A stretch of DNA of 35,072 nt, taken from the NCBI GenBank assembly GCA_039804225.1, contig JBDLWN010000109.1:1-35072 (forward strand). Reading direction: 5' to 3'. The notes under the pieces were generated by a model that ran no database searches, was not told the origin of the DNA, and saw only the letters and a program-made list of their open reading frames with translations. Positions 9,782 to 18,325 of the stretch are shown piece by piece. Every line of letters begins with the position of its first letter. Within the stretch, counting starts at the first letter, position 1. Source of the DNA: Chloroflexota bacterium (GTDB taxonomy: Bacteria; Chloroflexota; Limnocylindria; Limnocylindrales; Limnocylindraceae). A program made the position numbers and the translations under genes.

Positions 9782-10455
9782 CCCCCTACCTCTCTGCCGC
9801 CACGAAGGCGGCCACGGCGCGACGCGCACTCCTTCTTCTCGCCCTCCTTGCGCTGATCAGCGCCGGAACGGTCATGGGCTACTACTCCGTGCTTGATCTC
9901 ATCGCCATCGATCGGGCGACTGAGGAGGATGCGACACGCGCATTTGGCACTGTGCGCAGCGCAAATACACTTCTGTTGATCGCTACCCCAGTTGTCTGGT
10001 ACTTTCTGCTGCGATGGATGCGCGCCAGCCTGCGTAATGCGCACGCACTAAACGTTCAGCACCCGGCGGTGACGCTCGCCAACATAGATCGCGACCTGGC
10101 GCTCGCCGCTCTCCCGGGGCCACTGGCTGGCCAACCAGGCCGCCTCCTGGTAAAGCACACCAGAAGCCTCGCCGAGGCACATGGGGGTACTGGTGCCTCA
10201 CGACCGAGCGCTGATAACGGCTCGGCCCGCTGGGCTGGGCGACTCTCCGTGCTTGTTGCTCCCCTCTGGATCGGTGGACTCATCACCTCGCACACAGATC
10301 CCACCGCGGTGATCTGGGTTGCTGCGGCCTGGGTCACGTTGAGTGCGGTCGCCGTGCTGCTGCGCCAGTCGATCGCCAAGGTGCAGCTCAGTGAAGAGCT
10401 GCAGAGCGCACTACTGACCGCTGAACATCGCACACGCGCACGCGCGTCGCAATAG
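9778..10455 (+). CDS. Membrane protein, DUF4328-like
   Basis: GTGA overlap with the pepN stop; about 4 hydrophobic segments; W..RA..NA-like stretch (RWMRASLRNAHAL). Confidence 0.5.
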   Translation: MTPYLSAATKAATARRALLLLALLALISAGTVMGYYSVLDLIAIDRATEEDATRAFGTVRSANTLLLIATPVVWYFLLRWMRASLRNAHALNVQHPAVTLANIDRDLALAALPGPLAGQPGRLLVKHTRSLAEAHGGTGASRPSADNGSARWAGRLSVLVAPLWIGGLITSHTDPTAVIWVAAAWVTLSAVAVLLRQSIAKVQLSEELQSALLTAEHRTRARASQ

Positions 10456-10464
10456 TCGCCGATC

Positions 10465-11211
10465 ATGGCGACTCGCCGCCTCCTCCCCAAGAACGAGACG
10501 ATCTTCACGGGTGCGATTGTCGCCAGCGCCCTGGTGCTCGCCCTGCGCGGCTGGCTCCTCTTCCGCAGCGGTGACAATATTCTTGCGTATGCCGCTGACC
10601 CAGGTGCCGCCGCTGCGGGAATCCTCGGAGAGCAGCTCGCCTTAGCGGTGCTTCGGCTGATCGCGGTCATCCTTGATGTCGCCGCTGGCCTCGCAATCAT
10701 CGGTTGGATTGGGCGCCTGCAGCACGAGGAGATCATCACGGAGGGGGAGCGGAGGCTCGCACTTCTCGTAGGTGCCCTTCCGTGGACCCCACTTCTCCTC
10801 GCGCAATCCATCGCTGCGCCCCCGGTGGCGATCTTGGTCTTCGCTGGGCATGCGGTGTGGGTTGGACTCGCAGCAGTCATCCTGATGCGTACTCGCTCTG
10901 CGGGGCTCGTGACAACAGGCACCTTCGCTCGAGGTGGCGTGGCTGCGACTGCCCTCCTCTTTGCGTGGCTCCTTGGTGGTGCTGCAGCCCCTTGGGTCTA
11001 TGCGCAACCGGTGCTTGGCATCTCTGAAGCCCTCACGGGCACCGTGCAGTCACAACTACTTGAGGTCGTTCGCGAACAACGCGTGCGCGGGATCATCATG
11101 ATTCTGGGTGGTGCGTTCACCATGCTGGCCGTGATCCCGCTAATGGGTACGGTGCGAAGAGGGACCGCAGTCCTCAACGAGCGCCTGCGACAACTGCGCG
11201 AGGAGAACTAG
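10465..11211 (+). CDS. Hypothetical polytopic membrane protein
   Basis: About 6 hydrophobic segments; fills the gap between flanking genes. Confidence 0.6.
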   Translation: MATRRLLPKNETIFTGAIVASALVLALRGWLLFRSGDNILAYAADPGAAAAGILGEQLALAVLRLIAVILDVAAGLAIIGWIGRLQHEEIITEGERRLALLVGALPWTPLLLAQSIAAPPVAILVFAGHAVWVGLAAVILMRTRSAGLVTTGTFARGGVAATALLFAWLLGGAAAPWVYAQPVLGISEALTGTVQSQLLEVVREQRVRGIIMILGGAFTMLAVIPLMGTVRRGTAVLNERLRQLREEN

Positions 11212-12656
11212 CGCGTCAGTTCGGCGGCCAGCTCTTCGAAGACGCCAAGGTAGTGGTCGGCGTCAGCGGGGGTCATGGTGATGGAGAGGGTCCACTCCTC
11301 GTCACGACCTGGCGTACCGAAGATGCCCCGATTCATGTTCCAGAGCCAAACGAGATCAATGATCTCTTTCTGCTGGGCGGACTTGTACGAGTCATAGTCC
11401 ACAACCTTTGACTGGGCAAAGGTGATGACGCCTTTTGACTGAATCCCTACCGCGTACGCGGCGAGCCTGTAGCGATCAATGATTCCCTGGGCGCCGTCTA
11501 GAAGCTGGTCGTTGAGGCGCCCAAGATGCTTGTAGGCATCTGGCGTCATCACGCGCTCCAGATTGACACGCGCCGCCGCCATCGCCAGTGGGTTCCCATT
11601 GAAGGTACCCACCATGTAGACATCACCGGAGTCAACCATCGCCCACATCTCGTCGCTGCCGCCAATCGCACCCGTTGGGATGCCGGCGCCGAGCGCCTTA
11701 GCCAAGCAGACAAGATCAGGCTGGATGCCGAAGAGCTCAGTTGCGCCACCAGCTGCAACGTTGAGACCAGTCTTTACCTCATCGATGATCCAGACCACAC
11801 CGAACTTCTTGGTGATGCGTCGCACATCGGCTAGATAGCCAGGCTCTGGCAAGATCACGCCGCAGTTCATCATTGCTGCCTCCATGATCAAGCAGGCTGG
11901 GAGTCGCCCCTCGCTCTGCAGAGCCGTGAGACGTCGTTCTAGAACTCCTGCATCATTGAATGGTACGGCGGTGGTCATCTGTGTGACGGCGTCAGGGATC
12001 CCCTTCCCGTAGGCGATCGACGGATAGTTCTCGCGATCCTTGCCGTCATAGACGGAGAGGCCGATGTCGACCATCACATAGTCGTGATGCCCGTGATAGC
12101 TGCCAAAGATCTTCATGACGCCGTCGCGCTGAGTGGCTGCGCGCGCCATTCGAATCGCATCCATGGTTGCTTCGGAGCCGGAGTTCACGAAGCGCCAGCG
12201 AGGGAGCCCCCAGCGCGCCGCAAGGAGCTCAGAAACGATATAGGTATCTTCCGTCGGCGCAGCGAAGTGCGAGCCGAGCCGAATCCGTCGATCGACGGCT
12301 TCGGTGATTAACGGATGCGCGTGACCTTGCACCATGCTCCCAATGCCGTTGTGCACATCGAGGTACTGATGACCGTCAACGTCCCACACGTACTGTCCCT
12401 GTCCGCGATCGAGATAGATCGGCCACGGCGCACGCTTCTGGTAGCTCGACGATACGCCGCCAACCAGAGAACGCTTGGCGCGCTCATAGGCGGCGGCTGA
12501 GCGCTGGGTACGCGCGTCGAGGCGCTCTGACTCGCGGGCGGTCAGCTCGCGAATTCGGGCAGGGTCAATCTGAACGGTGGGCCCAACGGGTGGCTCGGCG
12601 CGGTGAGGGGCTGGTTTCGTGCTTGGCGCGAGGTGCCTGAGTGGTTCGATCGCCAT
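11208..12656 (-). CDS. Class III PLP-dependent aminotransferase (GSA-aminomutase-like subfamily)
   Basis: WDVDG..Y.D, RFVNSGSEATM, YHGH, IIDEVKTG, PDL...AK, GTFNGNPL; start ATG 12656 or 12662. Confidence 0.88.
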   Translation of the reverse strand: MAIEPLRHLAPSTKPAPHRAEPPVGPTVQIDPARIRELTARESERLDARTQRSAAAYERAKRSLVGGVSSSYQKRAPWPIYLDRGQGQYVWDVDGHQYLDVHNGIGSMVQGHAHPLITEAVDRRIRLGSHFAAPTEDTYIVSELLAARWGLPRWRFVNSGSEATMDAIRMARAATQRDGVMKIFGSYHGHHDYVMVDIGLSVYDGKDRENYPSIAYGKGIPDAVTQMTTAVPFNDAGVLERRLTALQSEGRLPACLIMEAAMMNCGVILPEPGYLADVRRITKKFGVVWIIDEVKTGLNVAAGGATELFGIQPDLVCLAKALGAGIPTGAIGGSDEMWAMVDSGDVYMVGTFNGNPLAMAAARVNLERVMTPDAYKHLGRLNDQLLDGAQGIIDRYRLAAYAVGIQSKGVITFAQSKVVDYDSYKSAQQKEIIDLVWLWNMNRGIFGTPGRDEEWTLSITMTPADADHYLGVFEELAAELTR

Positions 12657-12673
12657 ATCCATCCATCCTTGCT

Positions 12674-12714
12674 CTGCGGATTCCGCAGTGCGGAACGCTG
12701 TGGGTACGATTCTA
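12674..12714 (-). promoter_or_regulatory. Extended -10 promoter followed by overlapping inverted repeats (operator-like)
   Basis: Minus strand TGcTAGAAT (hexamer 12714-12709), then TTCCGCAcTGCGGAAtCCGCAG in the leader. Confidence 0.5.
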
Positions 12715-12783
12715 GCACTTTAAGGGGGGTAGGGGTACGGATATCGCAGTCCACGAGGGGCGCACGCACGATCCGTGCGAGGG

Positions 12784-13419
12784 CTAGCGGGTGGCTAGGC
12801 GCTCAGCGGCGGCGATGGCCACCAGGCTCTTCGCGTCCACGATTGCCCCACGGCGGACCGCTTCGGCGGCCTCGGCAATGGTCAGCCGGACCGCCTCAAT
12901 CGCCTCATCGGCGTCGGGTGTGCGGGCGCCAGGTCCTGCCGCCGAGAGGCCGAGGGCGAGGAAGAGATGCATGCGTTCACTCGTGAACCCTGGTGCCGTA
13001 AAGAAACTTCGGAGGTGACGCCAGGTTGCTGCCCGAAGACCAGTCTCCTCCTCGAGCTCACGCTCAGCGGCTAACTGAGGCTCCTCGGTAATCCCGTTAT
13101 GCAGGTCGAGTGTGCCAGCCGGCACCTCAAGGAGGAGCTGCCCCACCGGGGCACGAAACTGGCGAACGAAGAGCATCTCGCTCGTCGGCGTCACTTCAGC
13201 ATCGCTCGGAGCATCAATGGCGAGGATGGCAACAGCTCCTGGGTGACCAACGATGTACCGCACATGCTGATCGCCACCCGTACGCTGCACCGTCGTGCGT
13301 CGCCACTCCATGTACGCCGCCTGCACCACAAGGTCTGAAGCGACGACAACCTCGTTGAGTTCACCAGGCTCTAAGAGCGCAGTGAGACGCACGCCAAGAG
13401 CATCGTCACCAAATCGCAT
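12784..13419 (-). CDS. NUDIX hydrolase, ADP-ribose pyrophosphatase-like
   Basis: HPGAVAI, VRQFR, LEVPAG, AAERELEEETG, PGF, IVDAKS. Confidence 0.88.
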   Translation of the reverse strand: MRFGDDALGVRLTALLEPGELNEVVVASDLVVQAAYMEWRRTTVQRTGGDQHVRYIVGHPGAVAILAIDAPSDAEVTPTSEMLFVRQFRAPVGQLLLEVPAGTLDLHNGITEEPQLAAERELEEETGLRAATWRHLRSFFTAPGFTSERMHLFLALGLSAAGPGARTPDADEAIEAVRLTIAEAAEAVRRGAIVDAKSLVAIAAAERLATR

Positions 13420-13433
13420 GCGGTGCTGCAGAC

Positions 13434-14507
13434 CTAGCGGATTGCGGCGCCGGTGGCCGTATCAAAGAGGTGCAGCCTATCAAGCGAGAGAGCGAGCTGC
13501 ACCTTGGTGCCGCGCGGCGTCTTATGCTCAGAACCAACCAGCGCAAGAACGTCACCACTTGCGGTAGAGAAGTGGAGCAGCTCTTGTGCGCCGAGATACT
13601 CGACAACGTCTGCGGTTAGTTCGATTTGCGCCGCACCCTGACCCGCCTTGCCGAATTCAAGGTGCTCTGGCCGGAAGCCGATGGTGACGCTGGTGCGCCC
13701 CTCCAACTCCTTTGCACGCGCATCACTGATCTCAATTGCGATCTCACCCGCCTTCACGTGACGACCGTCAACGGTCGCCTCAAGCAGGTTCATTGCTGGA
13801 GAGCCAATAAAGCCGGCGACGAAGCGATTCACAGGGAGGTCGTACAGATCCTGCGGTGTCCCAACCTGCTGCAACCTTCCTTCGTTCATCACGGCGATTC
13901 GCGTCCCCATCGTCATCGCCTCAACCTGGTCGTGCGTCACATAGACAACGGTGGTCTTGAGTCGAGCGTGCAGGCGCAAAATCTCGGCACGCGTCTGCAC
14001 GCGCAGCTGCGCATCAAGGTTGGAGAGCGGCTCATCCATCAAGAAGACGGCTGGCTCGCGGACGATCGCGCGCCCAAGGGCAACGCGCTGGCGCTGGCCG
14101 CCGGAGAGCTCCTTCGGCTTGCGGGAGAGGAGCTTGGTGAGATCAAGGATCGCCGCCGCCTCGTTGACACGGCGCTCAATCTCGCCCTTCTCAATCTTGC
14201 GTAGCTTGAGACCGAAGGCGAGGTTCTCTCGCACGGTCATATGGGGGTAGAGGGCGTAGCTCTGGAAGACCATGGCGATGTCCCGGTCCTTTGGCGCGAT
14301 GTCGTTGACGACCTTGTCGCCGATCAGCAGGGTGCCATCGGTGATCTCCTCAAGGCCGGCAATCATACGGAGCGAGGTGGTTTTGCCGCAGCCCGAGGGG
14401 CCCACAAACACCATGAACTCGCCATCTCTGATCTCAAGGGAGAGGTTTTCGACGGCGAGGACCTCGCCGTACTTCTTCGAGACACCCTGGAACGTGACTG
14501 TAGCCAT
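13434..14507 (-). CDS. Sugar ABC transporter ATP-binding subunit (MalK/MsmX/UgpC family)
   Basis: GPSGCGKTT, VFQSYALYPH, LSGGQRQR, DEPLSNLD, VTHDQVEAM, C-terminal TOBE-like region; SD AAGGAGG. Confidence 0.95.
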   Translation of the reverse strand: MATVTFQGVSKKYGEVLAVENLSLEIRDGEFMVFVGPSGCGKTTSLRMIAGLEEITDGTLLIGDKVVNDIAPKDRDIAMVFQSYALYPHMTVRENLAFGLKLRKIEKGEIERRVNEAAAILDLTKLLSRKPKELSGGQRQRVALGRAIVREPAVFLMDEPLSNLDAQLRVQTRAEILRLHARLKTTVVYVTHDQVEAMTMGTRIAVMNEGRLQQVGTPQDLYDLPVNRFVAGFIGSPAMNLLEATVDGRHVKAGEIAIEISDARAKELEGRTSVTIGFRPEHLEFGKAGQGAAQIELTADVVEYLGAQELLHFSTASGDVLALVGSEHKTPRGTKVQLALSLDRLHLFDTATGAAIR

Positions 14508-14560
14508 ATGCACCCTCCTTGCTGGCTGGCCCCTCTATGGGGGCATCCCGCCGCGTCGCG

Positions 14561-14569
14561 AGTCTATCA
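14561..14569 (-). promoter_or_regulatory. Extended -10 element for the ABC ATPase gene
   Basis: Minus strand TGATAGACT about 55 nt upstream of ATG 14507. Confidence 0.45.
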
Positions 14570-14598
14570 GCGCCTAGGGGCCAGGGCGGTCCCGGTCG

Positions 14599-15891
14599 CT
14601 ACTTCTGCACGACCCCCGTCGGCATCTCCTTGATCTTCCACACGGGGCCAAAGAGGAGCGGGATGAAGGCGAGCGTGCCGCCAATCCCGCCAATGAGGAG
14701 CGTCTCTCGCAGACCGAGGTTAGTGCCGAGGACCCCCCCGATCAGAGAGCCGATCGGCATGGTCCCCCATACGAACCAGCGCATCGTGGCGTTCATGCGC
14801 CCCGCCATCTCTGGTGGTGTCAGGGCTTGTCGCAGGCTCACCTGGTTGATGTTGTACAGGGTTCCCGACGCGGCGCCAGCGAAGAAGCCCCCACCGATCA
14901 CAAGGCCATTCAGCACATCGTTTCCAGGCTGGCAGAAGGCCAAGACAGCAACAAGTGGACCAGTCCACGGAATGGTCAAGACGATCGTTCGGCCGACGCC
15001 GAGGCGTTTGGAGATCTTGTCGGCAAGAAGGGCGCTGATCAGGCCACCAGCCGAGCCGAGCGTTGCAGCAAATCCGATGAACGCCACTGAGAGGTTGAGC
15101 TCTCGGTAGGCAAAGATCAGGGTGACCGTGCCAGCGATGCTGCCAAAGAGATTTGAGGTTGCCGTGGCGCCCCCAATGGTGCGCAGCGCAGGATGACCAA
15201 AGACAAAGCGGAGCCCAGCGACGATGTCGGATCGCAAAGATCCGCGGGGCGTGACTCGCTTTGGAGCAGCGCTATCGTTTTGTTCTGCAACAGATTCATG
15301 ATGCGGCTTGATCGATAAGAGGAAGAGTGCCGAGATGAGATACGAGATCGCGTCAATCACTACCGCCAGCGGTGCCTTCACAAGGGCGATCAGTGCGCCA
15401 GCTAGGCTTGGGCCGAGGAGCCCCGCCGCTGATCGACTGAACTCCAACTTTGAGTTTCCTTCGACAAGATCCTCTTTAGGGATTAGCGAGGGGAGATACG
15501 CCTGATACGCCACATCAAAGAAGACGGTCAGCGTGCCGAGCAAGAACCCAACAATAATTAGTTGTGGAATGGAGAGGAACCCAAACACATACGAGACGGG
15601 CAGTGTGAGGAGTAGGAGGGCCCTGCCCAGATCACCCACGATGAGTACGCCACGGCGAGGAAGCCGGTCAATGAGCGCGCCGACAAGTAGGCCGAGTACG
15701 AGGAAGGGGAGGGTGTCGGCCAAGTTGATGAGCGCGATCTCCATTGGCCCCGCGTTCAGGAGCTGGATGGCAACGATCGGCATGGCAAGGTGACTGAAGT
15801 TAGAGCCGAGGTGGCTGATCGTTTCGGCGGCCCAGAGGCGGAGGAAGCCTGGATCGTTAATCAGGCGACGGCGAGGTGCGGGGTTGGGCAT
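14599..15891 (-). CDS. MFS transporter (DHA3/EntS-like, MFS_3)
   Basis: FLRLWAAETIS, GALIDRLPRR, LVEGNSKL, 12-TM pattern; start reset to ATG 15891 behind AAGGAG because the longer ORF runs through the tRNA. Confidence 0.88.
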   Translation of the reverse strand: MPNPAPRRRLINDPGFLRLWAAETISHLGSNFSHLAMPIVAIQLLNAGPMEIALINLADTLPFLVLGLLVGALIDRLPRRGVLIVGDLGRALLLLTLPVSYVFGFLSIPQLIIVGFLLGTLTVFFDVAYQAYLPSLIPKEDLVEGNSKLEFSRSAAGLLGPSLAGALIALVKAPLAVVIDAISYLISALFLLSIKPHHESVAEQNDSAAPKRVTPRGSLRSDIVAGLRFVFGHPALRTIGGATATSNLFGSIAGTVTLIFAYRELNLSVAFIGFAATLGSAGGLISALLADKISKRLGVGRTIVLTIPWTGPLVAVLAFCQPGNDVLNGLVIGGGFFAGAASGTLYNINQVSLRQALTPPEMAGRMNATMRWFVWGTMPIGSLIGGVLGTNLGLRETLLIGGIGGTLAFIPLLFGPVWKIKEMPTGVVQK

Positions 15892-15908
15892 CAGGCTCCT
15901 TAGCGTGG

Positions 15909-15984
15909 TGGGGTGGCCAGAGGGAATTGAACCCTCATCTGCGGCTCCACAAACCGCGGTCCTAACCATTGAACGATGGCCACC
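15909..15984 (-). tRNA. tRNA-His (GTG) with encoded G-1 and CCA
   Basis: G-GTGGCCA/TGGCCAC-C-CCA acceptor stem, anticodon arm GCGGT-TTGTGGA-GCCGC, T arm GAGGG-TTCAATT-CCCTC. Confidence 0.96.
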
Positions 15985-15996
15985 AAGTGAGTCGCC

Positions 15997-16035
15997 ATCT
16001 TACCCCGAGGCGAGGGGGGTGGCGCAGGGTAGACT
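15997..16035. promoter_or_regulatory. Divergent -10 elements for tRNA-His (TAAGAT, minus) and bioY (TAGACT, plus)
   Basis: TAAGAT at 16002-15997 and TAGACT at 16030-16035, both fitting the TANNNT pattern seen across the window. Confidence 0.5.
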
Positions 16036-16083
16036 GAGGGTTGGCGCCCTCCCCCAAGGGTGGCGCCCGTAGGGAGGGTCAAG

Positions 16084-16770
16084 ATGCAGATTCGACGCGC
16101 AATGCCCGCCATGGGCCGCATACCCGCCGCGGAGTACGGCGTGACGCTGGGCGACTTCTTCTTCCCCGTCTTCCTGGGCGAGCGCCTTGGCGCTCGACTG
16201 CAAGGCTTCGCGCTGGCCGTCGTCGGCGCGGCGATCGTGGCCGCCTCCGCCCAGATCGTTATCCCAATCCCCGGCACCCCAGTGCCAATCACTGGGCAGA
16301 CCTTTGGTGTGCTCTTGGTTGGCGCAGCGCTTGGCGCGCGTCGTGGCCTTGCGTCAATGGTGCTCTATCTCGTCCTCGGGATTCTCGGCGCTCCAATCTT
16401 CCGCGAGGGGAGCCATGGCATAGAGAAGTTCTTCGTCAGTGGTGATGCGGGCCTGCTGCAGTTTGCGCCAACCGGCGGTTACCTGGTTGGCATGCTCTTT
16501 GCCGGATGGATCGTGGGTCGACTCGCCGACCTCGGTTGGGATCGCAGCGTTATTGGCACGATTGCCGCCATGGCGATCGGCAGCCTGATCATTTACAGCT
16601 TCGGCGTGCCATGGTTCGCCGCCTCAGCGAACCTTGAGATCGGCGTTGCCATTCAGAAGGGGGTTCTCCCATTCCTGTTCGGCGATGCAATCAAGTTGGC
16701 ACTGGCGGCTGCGGTCTTCCCTTCGGCCTGGTGGTACGTGAACCACGGCCGGAGCGACGGTCCACGCTGA
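16084..16770 (+). CDS. bioY: Biotin transporter BioY (ECF S-component)
   Basis: PVPITGQT, LGARRG, YL.LG..G.PIF, PTGGYL.G, PFL.GD.IK; SD GGGAGG before ATG 16084. Confidence 0.93.
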   Translation: MQIRRAMPAMGRIPAAEYGVTLGDFFFPVFLGERLGARLQGFALAVVGAAIVAASAQIVIPIPGTPVPITGQTFGVLLVGAALGARRGLASMVLYLVLGILGAPIFREGSHGIEKFFVSGDAGLLQFAPTGGYLVGMLFAGWIVGRLADLGWDRSVIGTIAAMAIGSLIIYSFGVPWFAASANLEIGVAIQKGVLPFLFGDAIKLALAAAVFPSAWWYVNHGRSDGPR

Positions 16771-16789
16771 TTTAACGGCGACGCACCTG

Positions 16790-18325
16790 ATGCGTCGACC
16801 CGTTCACGCCGCGCTCCTCGCCTTCGATCTCGGGAGCACCTCGGTCAAAGCACTCCTCCTCAATGTGGAGAGCGGTGCGCCGATTGCTATTGCACGTCGC
16901 GCAACCGGGGGCGGCGCAGATCCACACGAGCAAGATGCCGACACTTGGTGGCGCGCAATCTGCGCCGCCACTCATGAGGTGATGGCGCTGGCGGCTGCTC
17001 AGAGCGCCGATGCCATTGAGGTGCGTGGGATCGGCGTTGATGGTCACGGACCATCGTTAACGCCGGTACGTGCAGACGGGAGTGCGGCGGGCCCGGCGCT
17101 GATGTGGCGCGACCGCCGCTCCGCCGATGATGAGGCCGCCCTCGAAAAGATCCTCGGACGTGGCGGATGGCTTCTTGGCGAACTACCGAAGGCGCGATGG
17201 CTCATTCGCGAGCGTCCTGAAATTGCCGCCGCATCCACATGGCTCCTCTCGTCGTGGGATGCACTCACCCTGCGACTCTCTGGAGAGGCGGTCAGCGCCT
17301 TCTGGGATCCGGCGCGGAGTGTCTCCCCCGCGCAGCGCAGCGCGCTGCTCGCTGCAGGCCTTGATGAGCGTGCCCTCCCACCTGAGGTATTCCCTGGCAC
17401 AAGGATCGGCACCCTGCTCCCTGGTCCCGCTGCAGATCTCGGCCTCCCTGTTGGCGTGCCGATCGCCGCAGGGATGAACGATGGCCTCGCCGCCGTTGTA
17501 GGCGCAGGCCTGACAGATCCTGGGCTTGGCGTCGATGTCGGCGGGACCGCGGGCGGCGTCGCCGTTGCGGCAACTCCTTCGGAGGCGGCGCGCATCACCG
17601 CTGCACTCCCTGGTCGCCTCTGGGCGGGACCAGCTCCTGCGCCGTTCGGCGACGGGGTGATCCTTGGCGGCGCATTCGCCGGTACCGGCCGACTCCTGGA
17701 GTGGGTCGTTACGGAGCTGCTCGCCAACGATCCAGCGGCGGCGCCTGCGCGCCGCGCTGAACTCTTTTACGCCGCAGCCGCGCTACCACTCGGTGCTGAT
17801 GGGCTCATGGCCAAACCGATCTCCCATCTTGGCTGGAACCACCCTTACTCTGTCGACGATGCCTTTGTAGGTCGAACGGATCAGCACAGCGCAGCGCACC
17901 TGGTGCGCGCAGCGATCGAGAGTGGTGCCCTTGCCATCGCCCACCTCCTTGCGCCTGCGATCACGGCAGGCCTGCAGGTGCGCGAGATGCGACTCTCGGG
18001 CCCAGCGACTGGTGCGACGCCTGGGCCACTCTCGGGGGGTGAACCGGTTCCCGCGTCCCTGATTCAGGTTCGAGCCGATCTCTTCGGCATGCCCGTGATG
18101 ATTGGGCAGAACCCTGAGGCATCGGCGGCAGGTGCCGCCGCGCTTGCTGGCGTCGCAGCTGGAACATTCGCCAACCTTCGCGAGGGGTCACAGGCAGTTG
18201 CGACGTCAGCGCAACGCGTGGAGCCGGATCAACGCACGCGGGATCGCGCGCGGGAACTTCTTCAGAAATATGGTGAACTCTCTACCGCTGCGGGGGAGAC
18301 CGGCGCGGGACGCCGCGAAGACTAA
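16790..18325 (+). CDS. FGGY-family carbohydrate kinase (divergent, substrate unknown)
   Basis: FDLGSTSVKA, EQDADTWW, MWRDRR, AGMND, RAAIES, QVRADLFG, EASAAGAA. Confidence 0.85.
   Translation: MRRPVHAALLAFDLGSTSVKALLLNVESGAPIAIARRATGGGADPHEQDADTWWRAICAATHEVMALAAAQSADAIEVRGIGVDGHGPSLTPVRADGSAAGPALMWRDRRSADDEAALEKILGRGGWLLGELPKARWLIRERPEIAAASTWLLSSWDALTLRLSGEAVSAFWDPARSVSPAQRSALLAAGLDERALPPEVFPGTRIGTLLPGPAADLGLPVGVPIAAGMNDGLAAVVGAGLTDPGLGVDVGGTAGGVAVAATPSEAARITAALPGRLWAGPAPAPFGDGVILGGAFAGTGRLLEWVVTELLANDPAAAPARRAELFYAAAALPLGADGLMAKPISHLGWNHPYSVDDAFVGRTDQHSAAHLVRAAIESGALAIAHLLAPAITAGLQVREMRLSGPATGATPGPLSGGEPVPASLIQVRADLFGMPVMIGQNPEASAAGAAALAGVAAGTFANLREGSQAVATSAQRVEPDQRTRDRARELLQKYGELSTAAGETGAGRRED

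Noticed and set aside
12765-12779. Hairpin CGCACG-ATC-CGTGCG after the NUDIX gene
   Set aside because: Only 6 bp and no U-tract; too weak to call a terminator
15892-15969. N-terminal extension of the MFS ORF
   Set aside because: Runs through tRNA-His; SD supports ATG 15891
14599-15984. tRNA-His as an island integration site
   Set aside because: No integrase, no duplicated tRNA 3' end seen, no evident composition shift
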